Of a stretch of DNA of 64,000 nt, positions 62,428 to 64,000 are shown in pieces. The first letter of the stretch is position 1; every line of letters begins with the position of its first letter. Under the pieces are notes generated by a model. The model was not told the DNA's origin. It saw only the letters and a program-made list of their open reading frames with translations, and did no database searches. The stretch spans positions 62,001 through 126,000 of the forward strand of contig KZ537987.1 in NCBI GenBank assembly GCA_000934665.2, given 5' to 3'. Source of the DNA: Catajapyx aquilonaris (lineage: Eukaryota). A program made the translations under genes and the position numbers.

Positions 62428-64000
62428 CTAATTTAGTCACATTGAATATAAAATGTATAAAGCAACAAATACAGCGGAACTGTTGCTGGGATTACTGCGC
62501 CGCGCCGGAATCACTGGTAGAATGACCAAACTGCTTACACTCGAAGGTGGTATATGCCCGGAGATTTATCAACGCCTTCTGACTCCGATTCTCCCCCCCA
62601 TCTTCTTTTTCAACTTTTCTCTCTCTTCTCCCTTTTTGGAGGAAAAGAGGCGACGGGTTACAAAGTGGGCTGTCAGGGGAAATGCTATCCACAAAGGGCA
62701 AGAGACCAGTAAAAACAATTACTCCCAGCATCCAGAGACCCAAAGTTAGTCCAGTGTGGGATGGTTGCCATCACCAACGGCTGTCCGCAGCCATCACTCT
62801 CCAGTGTTACTCTCCACTTCTCTCTTCTTTCTTTCCCCCCCCCCCCATCCAAATAATAGTGTGCTCAATGCGACCCAAAATCTCTCAGACCTGCTCCTAA
62901 TTAGTTCCTCCAAATTAACGTCCCCTTCAGTACACCGGGTTCTGGCGAAAGCTGAAGGAAGCCATGGCTAATTTGGTGGTATCAGGGTTGTGATACTTGG
63001 GCAAAAGTGTAGCTTAGTAGTTGCAGAGACAAGAATTTGCGGCGAGGGTCCGATGGGATAGATCTGATCGACATGGTTCGTTGATGTAGCTCGCATATTG
63101 ATATTGTAGATTCAGCTAAACACTTGGGAAGGTCGAAACTGGCGCTGTACGGTTGATATATTAACAGCTGACTATTCTGTGACTACCAGTCGTAAATCTG
63201 ACTTATTCTCCCCCCCACAGAAAGCAAAGTTTTACTTTTCAATCATGCTTCCTTCCAAACCCCCTTTCCCCCCCTTTCATTCTCGGTACTATGTTGGAGT
63301 GGAGTAAATCGGTCCGGTTTGAACGCCCGAAAGGTAACTTAGCACTTGGCGGAGCCTTCGATCCGAGACCTACATCTTTCTTCTCCGTTTCTTCCTCTGT
63401 AACTCTCCCTCTCCACATCTACAGTAGGGGTCTCCCTCCTCCCCCTCCACTAATCTATCTCTGTCGCACTAAATGGCTGATCTGTTGGCTAAGAGGATTT
63501 CTGGCAAGAGCCGGCCAGCCATGGTTAACCGGAGCCACAGTGTCATCAGGAGAGGAGGAGGAGGAGGGAGGTGGGAGGTTGGGGAGGGGGGGATGTCACC
63601 ACTGATGACCTGCATGACGTGGCCTCAAATCCCATGGATTTAGCCTGGTCGCAGTTTGGTCCGAATGAAGAGTCTGGGCCCAGCACCGGGCAGAAACCCT
63701 AATGTAATTAGTGTCACTCGCCCAGCCAGTGTATTCCGGGGCTAAACATGGAAGGCTACTTAAGGGTTTTGGGAAGAGCATCATATGAGCGATCGAGCGC
63801 AATTTTGGCTCCAGGGTTTGGGAAGGGAAAGAGTCCTGCTGGTCAGGAAGGTTTTACTGCCACGTTTTGTGTCCCATGTGTCAATCTGTATAAGGTATTG
63901 AAGGCCAGACATTGTAAGATCAACATCGAAAGCTAACATTGCTGCATGGCCTTGGGTCTTGGAAATGGGAACGGTTTTCGACACGATTCTCTCTGGTTAG

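Overview
Eukaryotic, most likely arthropod, genomic DNA: GT-AG spliced exons, a (CCTAA/TTAGG)n tract, many G/C homopolymers, and one 23-N gap. The only convincing protein-coding sequence is three consecutive internal exons on the + strand (22452-22551, 26791-26906, 33854-34026). They splice in frame to the membrane region of a TMTC3-type protein O-mannosyltransferase. I could not find the exons expected immediately upstream (ending ...HTEA) or downstream (starting RFDNP...) by eye, so most of the window appears to be intron. The intronic DNA contains short non-autonomous transposon relics: Tc1/mariner- and Harbinger-like MITEs, two Helitron-like families, two DINE-1/Helentron-like copies, a non-LTR retrotransposon C-terminal fragment and a possible SINE head. 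These alternate with TAAT-rich unique stretches. I found no prokaryote-type system (CRISPR, operons) and no clearly novel protein system. The most interesting leads are regulatory: a foldback element dense in CRE/CCAAT/X-box/YY1 motifs, a repeat family carrying CTCF-like motifs, and a speculative in-frame alternative terminal exon. Family assignments come from recalled motifs, not database searches.
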